In this document: piece by piece, positions 48,272-58,780 of the stretch | Numbering within the stretch: the stretch's first letter is position 1 | Layout of the letters: the number at the start of each line of letters is the position of its first letter | Assembly (NCBI GenBank): GCA_038064075.1 | Contig: JBBTTU010000004.1 | Location: forward strand, 647 to 64,646 | Length of the DNA stretch: 64,000 nucleotides | Direction: 5' to 3' | Origin: Patescibacteria group bacterium | GTDB taxonomy: Bacteria; Patescibacteriota; Minisyncoccia; HO2-45-28 | Notes under the pieces: generated by a model | The model's input: the letters and a program-made list of their open reading frames with translations, nothing else | What the model was told of the DNA's origin: nothing | Database searches by the model: none | Made by a program: the position numbers and the translations under genes

Positions 48272-48679
48272 ATGATCACTCCGGAAAAAGAAGCGGAAAT
48301 AATAGCTCGGTATTTGATCGGCGCAAAGTTAAGCCGCGCCAATCAAAATCTTTTTGATCAAGCGATTAAAACTCATAATATAAAAATGAATCAGAAGGAT
48401 CAGCGAATCTGGAATTTGGTTTTAAATCATCCGGCATTATTGCCGTATATTGACGCCGGATTTGCTCTTATCCAGCCGACAAACTCAATTAGGAAAAAAA
48501 TTTATATTATGTTCGCTGTTCTTGAAACTGAACCGTCTTATTCGGAATTTTTCTTATATAATAAAAAGAGAATTCCATGGGTTATAAATGCCGGCTGGCT
48601 GGGTTTAAGGGCTTTATTTCGGGCGATTGTCGGATTTTTTATCTTAAAATCATTGATTTTATATGAAAAGATATCATGA
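48272..48679 (+). CDS. Hypothetical protein, overlapping the start of the GMC oxidoreductase gene
   Basis: An ORF that fills the operon gap and overlaps the next start; no recognised motif. Confidence 0.6.
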   Translation: MITPEKEAEIIARYLIGAKLSRANQNLFDQAIKTHNIKMNQKDQRIWNLVLNHPALLPYIDAGFALIQPTNSIRKKIYIMFAVLETEPSYSEFFLYNKKRIPWVINAGWLGLRALFRAIVGFFILKSLILYEKIS

Positions 48680-50294
48680 TTTTATAGTTGTCGGCTCCGG
48701 CCCGAGCGGAGCAATGGCGGCTCAAAGTTTGGTAGAAGCCGGCGCGGATGTCGGCATGGTGGATGTCGGATTTTACGACGATTATTATCAAGACAAGATA
48801 CCAAAAAATAATTTTGCGTCTATCCGCAAATCGGACGCCGATCAGCATGTTTATTTTTTGGGAAAGAATTTTGAAGGAATATCTTTTGGCAAAACAAAAG
48901 CCGGCGCTCAGCTTACTCCGCCGCGGCAATTTACAACCGAAGGAACCGGTAAATGGCTTCCGGTCGCATCGGATAATTTTCAGCCGGTGGAATCGCTGGC
49001 TTACGGAGGGCTTGGCGGCGCCTGGGGATTGGCTTGTTTTGTTTATTCCGAACCTGAAATACAGGCTGTCGGCCTTCAAAAAGAGGCTCTTTTGGATTCT
49101 TATCGCGTTATTGCCGGCAGGATCGGCATATCCGGCATTCACGACGATGGGTCGCCGTATTGTCTTGGGAAGCTGCAAAATATTCAGCCGCCGACGCGTT
49201 TGGAATCAGGTTTGAACGGAATTTATTCTTCTTACCAAAAAAACAGTTCATTGCTGAAGAGTAAAGGATTTTTTTTGGGAAGAACGCCGCTGGCCATGTT
49301 AACCTCCGATTTGGGCAGGCGCAAAAGCACGGAGTACCGAGACATGGATTTTTGGGACAATTACGGAGATTCCGCCTACCGCCCGGCAATAACTTTAAAC
49401 GATTTAAAAAAAAGACCCAATTTTTTCTATTACGGAAACTGTTTGGTGACGCGGTTTTCGGAACAAAGCGCCGAAATTGAAATTACGGCGCGCAAAACAA
49501 ATGGTTCAAAATATGAAGATGAAAAATTTTATTGCAAGAAGCTGATCCTGGCCGCCGGAACATTGGGCACGGCCCGCATTGTTATGCGGTCTTTCAACTA
49601 TAATCAAAACCGGCTGCCGATTCTTTGCGGAATCTATTGTTATCTTCCTTGTTTTCAGCCGAGAATGATCGGGAAAGAGGCTGACGCCAGAAAAATAAGT
49701 TATAGCCAGTTGTCGCTTTTTTACGACAAACATAAAAATGGATTTGATATTTCCACTCTCATGTTTTACACCTATTCTTCGCTGATGCTGTTTCGTCTGG
49801 CCAATGAACTGCCTTTTAATTTTGCCGACGCGCTCCGTCTTTTAAGGCTGGGCTATCCGTGTTTGGCAATAGCCGGTCTCCATCATCCCGACAAAGGCTC
49901 GCCGGATAAATACATTAAACTGGTAAAAGATGAATCCAGCCCGACCGGGGACAAGCTGGTCATCAATTATAAATTATCGGACAGAGAGATAAGAGAAAAT
50001 ATAAGCCGCGAAAAAATGATTAAAAAAGCTCTTCGCCGGCTGGGATGTTATCCGATAAAACGGCTGGATCCGGGATACGGCTCAAGCATTCACTACGGCG
50101 GAACGCTGCCGTTCAATGATTCCGGAAAGCCGTTTACCCTTTCAGTCAGCGGCAGGCTTAACGGCACGGAAAATGTTTATGTCGCGGATGGTTCGGGTTT
50201 GCGATATATGCCGGCAAAGGGTCCGACTTTCACTTTAATGGCCAACGCTCATATTACGGCCTGCAATGCCTTGAAATCTTTCCGGCATGGATAA
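48663..50294 (+). CDS. FAD-dependent GMC-family oxidoreductase
   Basis: VVGSGPSG, GGLGGAWG, LAAGTLGT, IHYGGT and NVYVADGS...PTFTLMANA motifs. Confidence 0.85.
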   Translation: MKRYHDFIVVGSGPSGAMAAQSLVEAGADVGMVDVGFYDDYYQDKIPKNNFASIRKSDADQHVYFLGKNFEGISFGKTKAGAQLTPPRQFTTEGTGKWLPVASDNFQPVESLAYGGLGGAWGLACFVYSEPEIQAVGLQKEALLDSYRVIAGRIGISGIHDDGSPYCLGKLQNIQPPTRLESGLNGIYSSYQKNSSLLKSKGFFLGRTPLAMLTSDLGRRKSTEYRDMDFWDNYGDSAYRPAITLNDLKKRPNFFYYGNCLVTRFSEQSAEIEITARKTNGSKYEDEKFYCKKLILAAGTLGTARIVMRSFNYNQNRLPILCGIYCYLPCFQPRMIGKEADARKISYSQLSLFYDKHKNGFDISTLMFYTYSSLMLFRLANELPFNFADALRLLRLGYPCLAIAGLHHPDKGSPDKYIKLVKDESSPTGDKLVINYKLSDREIRENISREKMIKKALRRLGCYPIKRLDPGYGSSIHYGGTLPFNDSGKPFTLSVSGRLNGTENVYVADGSGLRYMPAKGPTFTLMANAHITACNALKSFRHG

Positions 50295-51129
50295 AAATCA
50301 AACCATTATAATAACCGGCAGTTCCGGTTTTATCGGTTCCCGCTTGGTCGGCCATTTTTTAAAATTAGGCTTTAACGTCCGCACTTTTCAAAGAGCAAAG
50401 TGCGATTACAACAATCCGATGGCGTCTTGTTTCCATTTTGAGTTGAGCGAAGTAAAAGATATGGGGTTTCAGGGAGCCGATTACTTGGTGCACTCCGCTT
50501 ATCAGCCGGTTATCGGAAGAAACCGCGCCGCCGATGTTAATCTGGAAGGCGCCAAAAAAATTATATCTTTATGCCGGAAATACGGCGTGAAAATGGTTTT
50601 TCTTTCAACCTTGTCCGCTCATTCGGAAGCGGAATCCAATTACGGGCGGCAAAAGTTATTAATGGAAAGTTTATTTGATCCGCGTCAAGATTTAATATTG
50701 AAACCGGGGCTGGTATTGGGCGAAGGAGGGGGGCTTTTCGGAAGAATAGCTTCCGTATTAAAAACTAAAAAAATTATTCCCCTTGTCGGGGGAGGTAAAC
50801 AGCGCGTTCAGACCATAGAGCTTGATGATTTATGCCGGATAATAGAATTGGGAATTAAAAAAAATATTTGCGGCAGTTTTATGGTTGCGACTCCGGACGC
50901 GATTACCCTGAAAGAACTTTATCTTAATATAGCGAAAAAAGCAGGATCAAAACCATTGTTTATTCCGGTTCCGACCATCCTTGCTTATTTTATTTTGAGA
51001 TTTGCCGAGATATCGGGAATACGGCTTCCAATAACATCCGAAAACGTTCTTGGCCTCAAACATTTAAAAGTTTTCAATACCGCGCCTGATTTGAGGCGAT
51101 TCGGGGCGGTTTTAAAAAATTACAAATGA
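50287..51129 (+). CDS. NAD(P)-dependent SDR epimerase/reductase
   Basis: TGSSGFIG and YGRQK (YxxxK) motifs. Confidence 0.82.
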   Translation: MDKNQTIIITGSSGFIGSRLVGHFLKLGFNVRTFQRAKCDYNNPMASCFHFELSEVKDMGFQGADYLVHSAYQPVIGRNRAADVNLEGAKKIISLCRKYGVKMVFLSTLSAHSEAESNYGRQKLLMESLFDPRQDLILKPGLVLGEGGGLFGRIASVLKTKKIIPLVGGGKQRVQTIELDDLCRIIELGIKKNICGSFMVATPDAITLKELYLNIAKKAGSKPLFIPVPTILAYFILRFAEISGIRLPITSENVLGLKHLKVFNTAPDLRRFGAVLKNYK

Positions 51130-52907
51130 TTTTAGAGTTTATCAGAGAGCATAAATTGGCATTTTGCGCGGCTTTTGCGGTCGGCCTGATTTATATTTTG
51201 CCTCACGTCTTTTTTATCGCCGCCGATCGTTATCAGGGAATTCCCATGATGCAAACCGCCAATGAAGATGAATATCTTTTAAGAATACGGGAAATTATGG
51301 ACGGCCATTGGACTTTAGGTTCGCCGGTATTTTATGAATATAAGGATCAGTTGCCGTTATCTCCCCCGGTCGGCGAGTTTTTTTACGCAATGCCGGCAAT
51401 GCTTTTCCGGATCTCGCCGGTCAATGTTTTAATTGCCAGCCGTTTTTATTTTCCGTTCATGCTGTTTTTCTTGGTTTATTTTTTGATTTGGAAATTGACC
51501 GGCCAATCTCCGGCCGCGGCCGGAAAAATAAACGCCGCGGCCGGGGCGCTGTTTGTAACGCTCGGGTATGATTTGGTTGATTTTAGAAGCATTTTTGGAT
51601 TTATTGCCGGAAAAAGCGTTTTGGGCCGGGACTTTTTGATATGGTCGCGTCCGGTTAATCCGATTTTGGGCGCTATTTTTTTGTTTTCTTTTTTGATTTT
51701 GATTTGGGCGATTGTTAAAAATACAAATTGGCCGAAACTGTCAATCATTTTTGCCGGTCTTTTTTTGGCTTTGATGATGGGCAGCTATTTTTTCAGCTGG
51801 GGGACGGCTTTATCCGTCGCCGGAGTTTTAGTTTTAATTTATTTGTTTAAAAAAGAATACCGGATTGCAAAAAATTTGATTTTTATTGTTTTTCTCGGTT
51901 TTTTATTCGCCTTGCCTTATTGGTACGGCGCATTGAAAGCAGCCGCGAGTCCCTGGCATCAAGAATCGGTTTTACGAAGCGGTTTGTTTTTAACTCATTA
52001 TCCTTTGTTTAATAAATTGCTTCTTGCCGTTCTTGGATTTTATGCCGCGCTGTTTTTCCGGTTTAAGGATGAATTTCGGGAAAAAATGAGTTTGCGGTTC
52101 GCTGATTGGCACTGGTTTTCTCTGGCATTTATTTTCGGCGGCCTTTTGGTTTACAGCCAGCAGATTGTAACCGGCCGCGCCGTCTGGCCATATCATTTCG
52201 TTCAATACACCATACCCTTGGCAATGGCGGTATTTATGGTTTTGACTTATAGAATTTTTTACGAAAAAAACAGATATGTTTGGTTGGCCGCAATATTGGC
52301 TGTTGCAATTTCTTCTTTAACTTTTGGTCTATACGTCCAGTTTACCGCTTACGCCGAAAATTATGGCCGTTACGCCGAATTGCAAAATTACGCTTCGCCT
52401 TTTGACTGGCTGAACCGGCAGGAAAAAGATTGCGTCGCGCTCGCGCTTGATGAAAATGACGATTTCGCCAATTTTGACCACGCCGTACCGGCATTTACGC
52501 GCTGCAATCTTTACAATTCAACATGGGTATTTTCGCTTATGCCCGAAGAACGAATTTTCCATAATTATTTCACGCGTTTGTTTTTAAATGGCGTCAACGC
52601 CGAAAATATTGAAAATTATCTTGCCGGACATCGGCAAGAAGCGCGCGGACGCCTGTTTACCAACTGGAAAGGGCTTTTCGGGGTTAAAGATTTTCCGGAT
52701 TTCAGCGATCAAGAACTGGAAACAAGGTTTGAAGAGCTGGCGCGCGATTACCGCGATTTTCTTAAAAGAGATTTTGTTTGGCAGCTGCAAAAATACAAAC
52801 TTGATTATATTTTTGTTCACGGCGGCATTTCGGATCAGGCGGCCGGCTTAATCAAAGATTTGAAGCCGGTTTATAACGACGGAGAGTTTGAAATTTATAA
52901 ATTTTGA
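51126..52907 (+). CDS. Multi-TM protein, possible GT-C glycosyltransferase
   Basis: DEYLLRIREIMDG loop after TM1; about 12 TM helices; C-terminal soluble domain ending KYKLDYI. Confidence 0.6.
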   Translation: MILEFIREHKLAFCAAFAVGLIYILPHVFFIAADRYQGIPMMQTANEDEYLLRIREIMDGHWTLGSPVFYEYKDQLPLSPPVGEFFYAMPAMLFRISPVNVLIASRFYFPFMLFFLVYFLIWKLTGQSPAAAGKINAAAGALFVTLGYDLVDFRSIFGFIAGKSVLGRDFLIWSRPVNPILGAIFLFSFLILIWAIVKNTNWPKLSIIFAGLFLALMMGSYFFSWGTALSVAGVLVLIYLFKKEYRIAKNLIFIVFLGFLFALPYWYGALKAAASPWHQESVLRSGLFLTHYPLFNKLLLAVLGFYAALFFRFKDEFREKMSLRFADWHWFSLAFIFGGLLVYSQQIVTGRAVWPYHFVQYTIPLAMAVFMVLTYRIFYEKNRYVWLAAILAVAISSLTFGLYVQFTAYAENYGRYAELQNYASPFDWLNRQEKDCVALALDENDDFANFDHAVPAFTRCNLYNSTWVFSLMPEERIFHNYFTRLFLNGVNAENIENYLAGHRQEARGRLFTNWKGLFGVKDFPDFSDQELETRFEELARDYRDFLKRDFVWQLQKYKLDYIFVHGGISDQAAGLIKDLKPVYNDGEFEIYKF

Positions 52908-52919
52908 GCTTCCGGAATT

Positions 52920-54164
52920 TTAAACAATCCGCGGTTTTGGCAGCGGCATAATAAATTTGCCTTTATAGCCGTTCCGGCGAATTATTTTTACAAGTTCGGG
53001 GCCTATGTGCCACGAAAGGATAAGGGCGTAGTCGGGCTGTTTTTGGAATAATTCTTTTTCGTCTACGACCGGAATGTGGGTTCCGGGAGTAAATAGTCCT
53101 ATTTTAGGCGAGCCGCTTTTTTCGCAAGTGTAATCCAAAAGATGGGTGTTTATTTTAGAAAATCCAAGAAGCGTATTGGATCTGGCCGGGCTTCCGATGC
53201 CGGCAATGACTGCGCCGTCTTTTTTAAGTTTTAAAAGGAGCAAGACAAGGTCGTTTTTCGCGCTTACTGCTTTTTTGGCGAATTTGTTTAAGGATTCGGA
53301 GTCATAAATTCCGGCTTTTTTTTCGGCCAAGATCAGTTTTTTTGTCCGCAAGCTTGCCGGATGCCGTCCCGGACGGGCGTATGCCCGGATGGAACCGCCG
53401 GCGGCAGATATCCTTTCGGCATCTATTAAGCTCATTCCGGACAAAGAAAATAGTTTTGCCAGCGGTTTTAATGAATAAAAACGCAGATGTTCGTGGTAAA
53501 TCGTGTCAAATTCCAGTTTTTCAATAATATCCGTCAGATACTGCGATTCGGAAACAAATATGCCGTCCGGCCTTAGAATTTTTTTTATATTTTTGGCCAG
53601 TTCCAGCGGGTTTGGTATGTGGGCGAAAACATTGGTCGCGGTTGCGATTTTTGCCCGGCCGCGCTTATTTAATATTTTCTTCGCGGTTTTTCCGGTGAAA
53701 AATTCCTGCAGTGTTTCAATTCCGTTTTTATTTGCGGTTCGCGCCGCGCTGGTCGGCTCCACCCCCAAAACCCTCATCCCTTTTTCTTTAAAAACATTAA
53801 GGAGAGTGCCGTCGTTTGATCCTATGTCAACTATTAAATCGCCTTTTTTAAGGCGATATTTTTTTTCTATAGCCGAAGCAAGCTCCCGGAAGTTCCGAAT
53901 CAGCATGTTGGTAAGACCGGTGCGATAAGGGTAATTTTTAGGAAAGACAATTTCGGGGCTGACAATGTAATCAATTTGCAAAAGGCCGCATTGCGGACAG
54001 CGGCAGAGGTTGAGCGGATAAGTAATTTCCGGTTCGCAGAACTGTTTCGCGGTAAGATAGGCCTGCGTTATGGGCTGATGGCCGAGCGGCAGGACGCTTT
54101 GCAGCGTTTTGTGCCCGCACAGCTGGCATTTTTTGACCGCTCCGGTTTGTTTCTGCAATTTCAT
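52920..54164 (-). CDS. Second NDP-hexose C-methyltransferase
   Basis: CQLC...CPQCGLLQ, DIGSNDG, IYHEHLRFYS, GGSIR and ILSWH motifs. Confidence 0.9.
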   Translation of the reverse strand: MKLQKQTGAVKKCQLCGHKTLQSVLPLGHQPITQAYLTAKQFCEPEITYPLNLCRCPQCGLLQIDYIVSPEIVFPKNYPYRTGLTNMLIRNFRELASAIEKKYRLKKGDLIVDIGSNDGTLLNVFKEKGMRVLGVEPTSAARTANKNGIETLQEFFTGKTAKKILNKRGRAKIATATNVFAHIPNPLELAKNIKKILRPDGIFVSESQYLTDIIEKLEFDTIYHEHLRFYSLKPLAKLFSLSGMSLIDAERISAAGGSIRAYARPGRHPASLRTKKLILAEKKAGIYDSESLNKFAKKAVSAKNDLVLLLLKLKKDGAVIAGIGSPARSNTLLGFSKINTHLLDYTCEKSGSPKIGLFTPGTHIPVVDEKELFQKQPDYALILSWHIGPELVKIIRRNGYKGKFIMPLPKPRIV

Positions 54165-54174
54165 ATAGTGTTAA

Positions 54175-54191
54175 TTTTCTAACGGGATTTA
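54175..54191 (-). repeat. Orphan end of the CCCGTTAGAA element family
   Basis: The minus strand reads TAAA-TCCCGTTAGAAAA directly at the stop codon of the DegT gene; no partner end is nearby. Confidence 0.55.
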
Positions 54192-55304
54192 TTTTTTGAA
54201 ATAGCGGGCAACGGTATCGGTAACGTGCTTCAATTCATTGTTTGTAAGATGGACAAATGAAGGCAGCCATAATCCGCGCCGGCCGCAACGCTCCGCAATC
54301 GGGAAGTTTTTGCCTGCATACTGCTCCCGATAAATTTTTTGAGTGTTTATGGCCGGATAAAAATTACGCGTTCCGATGCCCTTGTCTTTAAGAAATCCGG
54401 CAAGCCCGTCGCGATCCTGGACAAAAATATCAATAAACCACGGCGTGGTTATATTTAGGTCAGTCGGGATAAATTCAATTTCAGGGAGAGAAGAAAGCCG
54501 GTCATAATAGTAAGCGTAGATTTCTTTTTTGCGGCGGATTCTCTCGGACAATTTTTTGAATTGTTCCAGACCGATGACCGCTAAAATGTTTGAAAATTTA
54601 AAATTCCAGCCCGGATAATCGTGAATATCGCTGGATGTCTGGCCAAAATTTTTTAAAAGGTTGGTTTTTTTATACAATTCTTCGCTGTCTGTCACTAAAG
54701 CGCCTCCCTGGCCGGTGGTGATAATTTTAAATAAACTGAAAGAAAAACTGCCGATGTCTCCAAAAGTTCCCAAATGTTTTTTATTCAAGCGGTTTCCTTT
54801 CCAATAAGACCCAAGCGCCTGAGCCGCATCTTCAATCAGAAACAGGTTATATTTTTTTGTGAATTCCACAATTTGATCCATATTGCCCGAGCGGCCGTTG
54901 AGCGGCACGTACATCACGGCTTTCGTTTTCGGCGTAACGGCCTGGGCGGCTTTTTTAAGATCCATGCAGAGCGTGTTTGCTTCTATATCAACGAGCACCG
55001 GCTCTACGCCGATCAAAGCGCAGGCGTTTGCCGTCGCAATCATGGTGGTTGCCGGCACCAAAACCTCCTCTCCCGGTTTGATATCCAGCGCGAGAAGAGC
55101 GAGCGTAAGAGTTATTGTGCCGTTTACGGAGAAGATGCCGTAACGCGCGCCGGTGAAATTCGCCAGTTCTTCTTCCAGTTTATTGGTTGAAGAAATATCC
55201 CAGCGATTATGCTTCATAAAGTCAAAAAGCGCGCGGCCTTCCGCCTCGTCAAAGTGAGGCTCCATTTGGGGAATTTCTTTCTTAAAAAATCTTTTAAGAT
55301 TCAT
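54189..55304 (-). CDS. DegT/DnrJ/EryC1/StrS sugar aminotransferase
   Basis: IEDAAQALGS, FSFSLFKIITTGQGG and LWLPS motifs. Confidence 0.9.
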   Translation of the reverse strand: MNLKRFFKKEIPQMEPHFDEAEGRALFDFMKHNRWDISSTNKLEEELANFTGARYGIFSVNGTITLTLALLALDIKPGEEVLVPATTMIATANACALIGVEPVLVDIEANTLCMDLKKAAQAVTPKTKAVMYVPLNGRSGNMDQIVEFTKKYNLFLIEDAAQALGSYWKGNRLNKKHLGTFGDIGSFSFSLFKIITTGQGGALVTDSEELYKKTNLLKNFGQTSSDIHDYPGWNFKFSNILAVIGLEQFKKLSERIRRKKEIYAYYYDRLSSLPEIEFIPTDLNITTPWFIDIFVQDRDGLAGFLKDKGIGTRNFYPAINTQKIYREQYAGKNFPIAERCGRRGLWLPSFVHLTNNELKHVTDTVARYFKK

Positions 55305-55698
55305 ATAACCGCTTTATCACCGCTTTATCATCGTGAAACGGACCGCTTTTTGCTTCAAAAAGCTCGGAGTCTTTAATCATGGTGATGCCGTACCCGCCGT
55401 TTAAAATAATAAACGCGTCCCCCGGGTTTAAATAAATATATTTGATGAATTCAAAAGCCGGCCTCGGACCGTGAATATCCAAACGCACCTTTCCTTTTCT
55501 TAAAAAAAGGCATTCCTGAACATATTTTATTGTAAGATTGCTGGAATTATGATAATGTGGATCTAAGCGGGTGCCTTTTGGGTGTTTGATTGTCAAAAGC
55601 TGCAAATGCTCTTTTGCGTGAGTTAATGGTTTTGTTTTTTCGCCCATTTTTGTTATTTTTATGCCGATGAGTTTGCCTTTATAAAAAATCTTGTTCAT
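55294..55698 (-). CDS. Cupin-fold protein (sugar isomerase-like)
   Basis: PHYH...QECLFL..G...L..GD...GYG...E.K.GP. Confidence 0.65.
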   Translation of the reverse strand: MNKIFYKGKLIGIKITKMGEKTKPLTHAKEHLQLLTIKHPKGTRLDPHYHNSSNLTIKYVQECLFLRKGKVRLDIHGPRPAFEFIKYIYLNPGDAFIILNGGYGITMIKDSELFEAKSGPFHDDKAVIKRLYES

Positions 55699-55712
55699 AA
55701 CGGCATAATATC

Positions 55713-56987
55713 ATGAAAATTTATTTTGTCACATCAAAAATGAAGAATATCAACACGGCCGCCGGTTCTGTTATTATGCTTAGATTTATTATGCAAGAAC
55801 TGATCAAGCTCGGAAATGATGTAGCTTGCGTCACGGTTTTTTCCCATTTCAACGACCTCACGGAGACAACTCCGTTTAAATTAATTGAAGAACGCATTTC
55901 ATCCCTTCGTCTGTTTCCCATTCATTGGAATGTTTTTAAGATTTTGAAAAAGTACGAAAATGACTGCGACATTTTTTATATAGACGGTCAGTTTATGTAC
56001 GGCGGAGGGCTATACCGTTTGCTTGGCGGCAAAAGGCCGGTTTTTGCCAATCTCATCCGCCCTCCTCTGGTTATGGACGAATATGTTTCTCCTCTTTTTC
56101 AAAGACAGACGGGATCCGGGAAATTTTCTCTTATGAAATTTTTAACAGGCATTAAGAAAAAAATACGCTGGTTCATTGACAGATTTATGCTTGTGCGCCT
56201 TGCTTCCCGCGTGGATTTTGTCTCCGCTATTAACCCTATTCTTAATCGGGTGCATTATAAATTTGGGCTGAAACCGGCGGCGCAAGCTCTGTTGATCGGC
56301 GATGCTTATCCTATGGTTGAAACCATGGAAAAAGAAGGGATAGATGAATGGTCATACCGAAATCGGGTTGGAAAAAACGAAAAAGTCATTCTTTATTTTT
56401 CCGGACGCATGGCTGCGGGAAAAGGATATGATTTGCTGCTGGCCGCGTTTACAAAGGTTAAAAATAAAGAAAAATTTAAACTTGTTTTAGGGGGATCCGG
56501 GCCCGAAGAAGACGAAGTGCGCCGGATGATAAAAGATTTCAGTTTAGAAAAATATGTGGAGCTTCCGGGCTGGCTTTCCAAAAAACAATTTTTTGAATAT
56601 TTGAAACAGGCGGATATCTATGTTTTTTCCAGGTGGGGAGCCTATTTTACTTCCGCTATCGCCTTAAACGAAGCCATGGTATTCGGGCTTCCGTCAATTG
56701 TGCCTTCTGGAACCGGTCTTTCATGGACCGCGGGCAAGAGCGCCGTCACATTTGAGCCTGAAAATGCCGACGACCTTGCGCGTAAAATTGAGCTTTTGGG
56801 AGAGGATGCCGAACTGCGAAAAGAACTTTCGCGCCGCTGCTATGAAAGATTAAAAGAGCCCGATATTGATCCGCGCCAGGTTGTTATCGCTATGAATGTT
56901 TTGATGAAAAGCTTGGTTGTAAGCCCGAAAAACAAATATCCTTTGGAGCGATTTCTTAACGGTTATTTTGGAGAAAGGGTTGACTGA
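55713..56987 (+). CDS. Glycosyltransferase family 4 (divergent)
   Basis: SGRMAAGKG, GSGPE and ADIYVF...NEAMVFGLP motifs. Confidence 0.8.
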   Translation: MKIYFVTSKMKNINTAAGSVIMLRFIMQELIKLGNDVACVTVFSHFNDLTETTPFKLIEERISSLRLFPIHWNVFKILKKYENDCDIFYIDGQFMYGGGLYRLLGGKRPVFANLIRPPLVMDEYVSPLFQRQTGSGKFSLMKFLTGIKKKIRWFIDRFMLVRLASRVDFVSAINPILNRVHYKFGLKPAAQALLIGDAYPMVETMEKEGIDEWSYRNRVGKNEKVILYFSGRMAAGKGYDLLLAAFTKVKNKEKFKLVLGGSGPEEDEVRRMIKDFSLEKYVELPGWLSKKQFFEYLKQADIYVFSRWGAYFTSAIALNEAMVFGLPSIVPSGTGLSWTAGKSAVTFEPENADDLARKIELLGEDAELRKELSRRCYERLKEPDIDPRQVVIAMNVLMKSLVVSPKNKYPLERFLNGYFGERVD

Positions 56988-57017
56988 TGGCACTCTTCTT
57001 GTTTATTTTTTAATAAT

Positions 57018-58007
57018 ATGGGCAAAACAGCTTTCATTACCGGAATAACCGGACAAGACGGTTCATACTTAGCCGAATTTTTAATTAACAAAGGTTATGT
57101 TGTTCATGGTTTGATCAGGAGGACTTCGTTTTTTAACTTTTCCAGAATTGAACATTTTCTCAAGCGGCATAACACAAGCGTTTTTCTCCATTATGGAGAT
57201 ATGACCGATCCAGTTTCTCTAGCCCTTATCCTCGCGAAAATCCGTCCCGAAGAGATATATAACCTTGCGGCTCAATCGGATGTCCGCGTGTCTTTTGAAA
57301 CTCCTCTTTATACCGCGCAGGCTTCGGGAGTCGGGGTCTTGAATCTTTTAGAGGCAGTGAAGGCGTTAGGGCTTAAATCAAAAATATACCAGGCTTCCAC
57401 TTCCGAACTCTTCTCGGGCGACCCGTCAGAATCTCCTCAAAACGAACTGACGCCGTTTAAACCCAAAAGTCCTTACGGAGTCGCCAAGCTTTACGGATAT
57501 GAAATCGCGCGAATTTACAGGGAGTCGTACGGAATGTTTGTTTCAAACGGAATACTTTTCAACCACGAATCGGAACGCAGAGGCGAGGAGTTCGTAACAA
57601 AAAAAATAACGCTTGGCGTCAAAAACATACTTTCCGGAAAAGAAAAGCACATAACTCTGGGAAATCTGAATTCGCAAAGAGATTGGGGATATGCTCCGGA
57701 ATATGTGGAGAGCATGTGGCTTATGCTTCAGCATGAAAAGCCGGATGATTTTATAATTGCCACCGGGGAGACGCACTCGGTCAAAGAATTTTTAGATGAG
57801 GCCTGCGGCCTTGTCGGGCTGGATCCGGAGAAAGTGGTAAAAATTGACCAAAAAATCATAAGACCCAACGAAGTCAATTATCTTTGCGGCGACTGCTCTA
57901 AAGCCAAAAAAATTCTTGGCTGGGAGCCAAAAACAAAGTTTAAAGACATTGTAAAAATAATGCTGAGAGCGGAGCTGCGGGGCTCCGGGATAAAAGTTGA
58001 TTTTTAG
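57018..58007 (+). CDS. gmd: GDP-mannose 4,6-dehydratase
   Basis: ITGITGQDGSYLAE, NLAAQS, YQASTSEL, SPYGVAK, LFNHES and RDWG motifs. Confidence 0.93.
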   Translation: MGKTAFITGITGQDGSYLAEFLINKGYVVHGLIRRTSFFNFSRIEHFLKRHNTSVFLHYGDMTDPVSLALILAKIRPEEIYNLAAQSDVRVSFETPLYTAQASGVGVLNLLEAVKALGLKSKIYQASTSELFSGDPSESPQNELTPFKPKSPYGVAKLYGYEIARIYRESYGMFVSNGILFNHESERRGEEFVTKKITLGVKNILSGKEKHITLGNLNSQRDWGYAPEYVESMWLMLQHEKPDDFIIATGETHSVKEFLDEACGLVGLDPEKVVKIDQKIIRPNEVNYLCGDCSKAKKILGWEPKTKFKDIVKIMLRAELRGSGIKVDF

Positions 58008-58780
58008 ACCGGTCTTTTTGTTTGGCGAAAAAGGGCTTTAACGGGGTTTTTGATCGGCTGGGGCAGGGAGGCAAGCGCCATATAAATTTTGTGGTTTAAA
58101 TATAAAAGAGCGCTTTGAATTCGGGTCAGGCGGTTTTTTATTTTGTCCAGAATTGTTATTTTTTCTGATTTTTGTATCGCGGCCGTGGTCCCCCGGATTT
58201 TTATAATTTTGAAATTGCCGGAGCCGAAAATAAAATCTTTCATAAATTTTCTCACCGGCTTCCATCCGTGCAGCGGAATACCTTCAAGAATTCCCGAAAC
58301 TGACGGCACGGCGTTGTGCAGGGCATAAATGCCGCCGCTGGCAAGACAGCGCGACCACTCAAAAAAATCCCTTCTGGTTAATTCATAGTCGTAGTAATTG
58401 GAATCAACAAAAATCAACCCTATCGGCTTGGTCCAGTTTTTGACCGCTTCAAACGAAGTCATAACCACCGGCTCAATAATATTTTCAAGTCCGGCGTTCT
58501 TGATGTTCCGCTTGAATTCTTCAAATGTGTTTAAGGCCCCGTAAGTCTTTTGGTCCGGGCTTCCGGTGTGCGGGTCAACGGCGTAAACTTTAGCGCCCCA
58601 TCCGTTTTTTGAACCAAGACCGAGGCAGATTGTTGATTTGCCTTTCCAGGAACCTAATTCCACTATCACTCCATTTTTGCAATTCTTCGCCGCCTCATAA
58701 AGAAATATCGCCTCTTTTGTTGAAACGCATCCCGGTATGCCTGATATTTTTTGCAGCAGGTCTAAATGTTCTTGTTTCAT
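58004..58780 (-). CDS. Class I SAM methyltransferase (Methyltransf_24-like)
   Basis: IVELGSWKGKST, YAVDPHTG and LIFVD motifs. Confidence 0.8.
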   Translation of the reverse strand: MKQEHLDLLQKISGIPGCVSTKEAIFLYEAAKNCKNGVIVELGSWKGKSTICLGLGSKNGWGAKVYAVDPHTGSPDQKTYGALNTFEEFKRNIKNAGLENIIEPVVMTSFEAVKNWTKPIGLIFVDSNYYDYELTRRDFFEWSRCLASGGIYALHNAVPSVSGILEGIPLHGWKPVRKFMKDFIFGSGNFKIIKIRGTTAAIQKSEKITILDKIKNRLTRIQSALLYLNHKIYMALASLPQPIKNPVKALFRQTKRPV

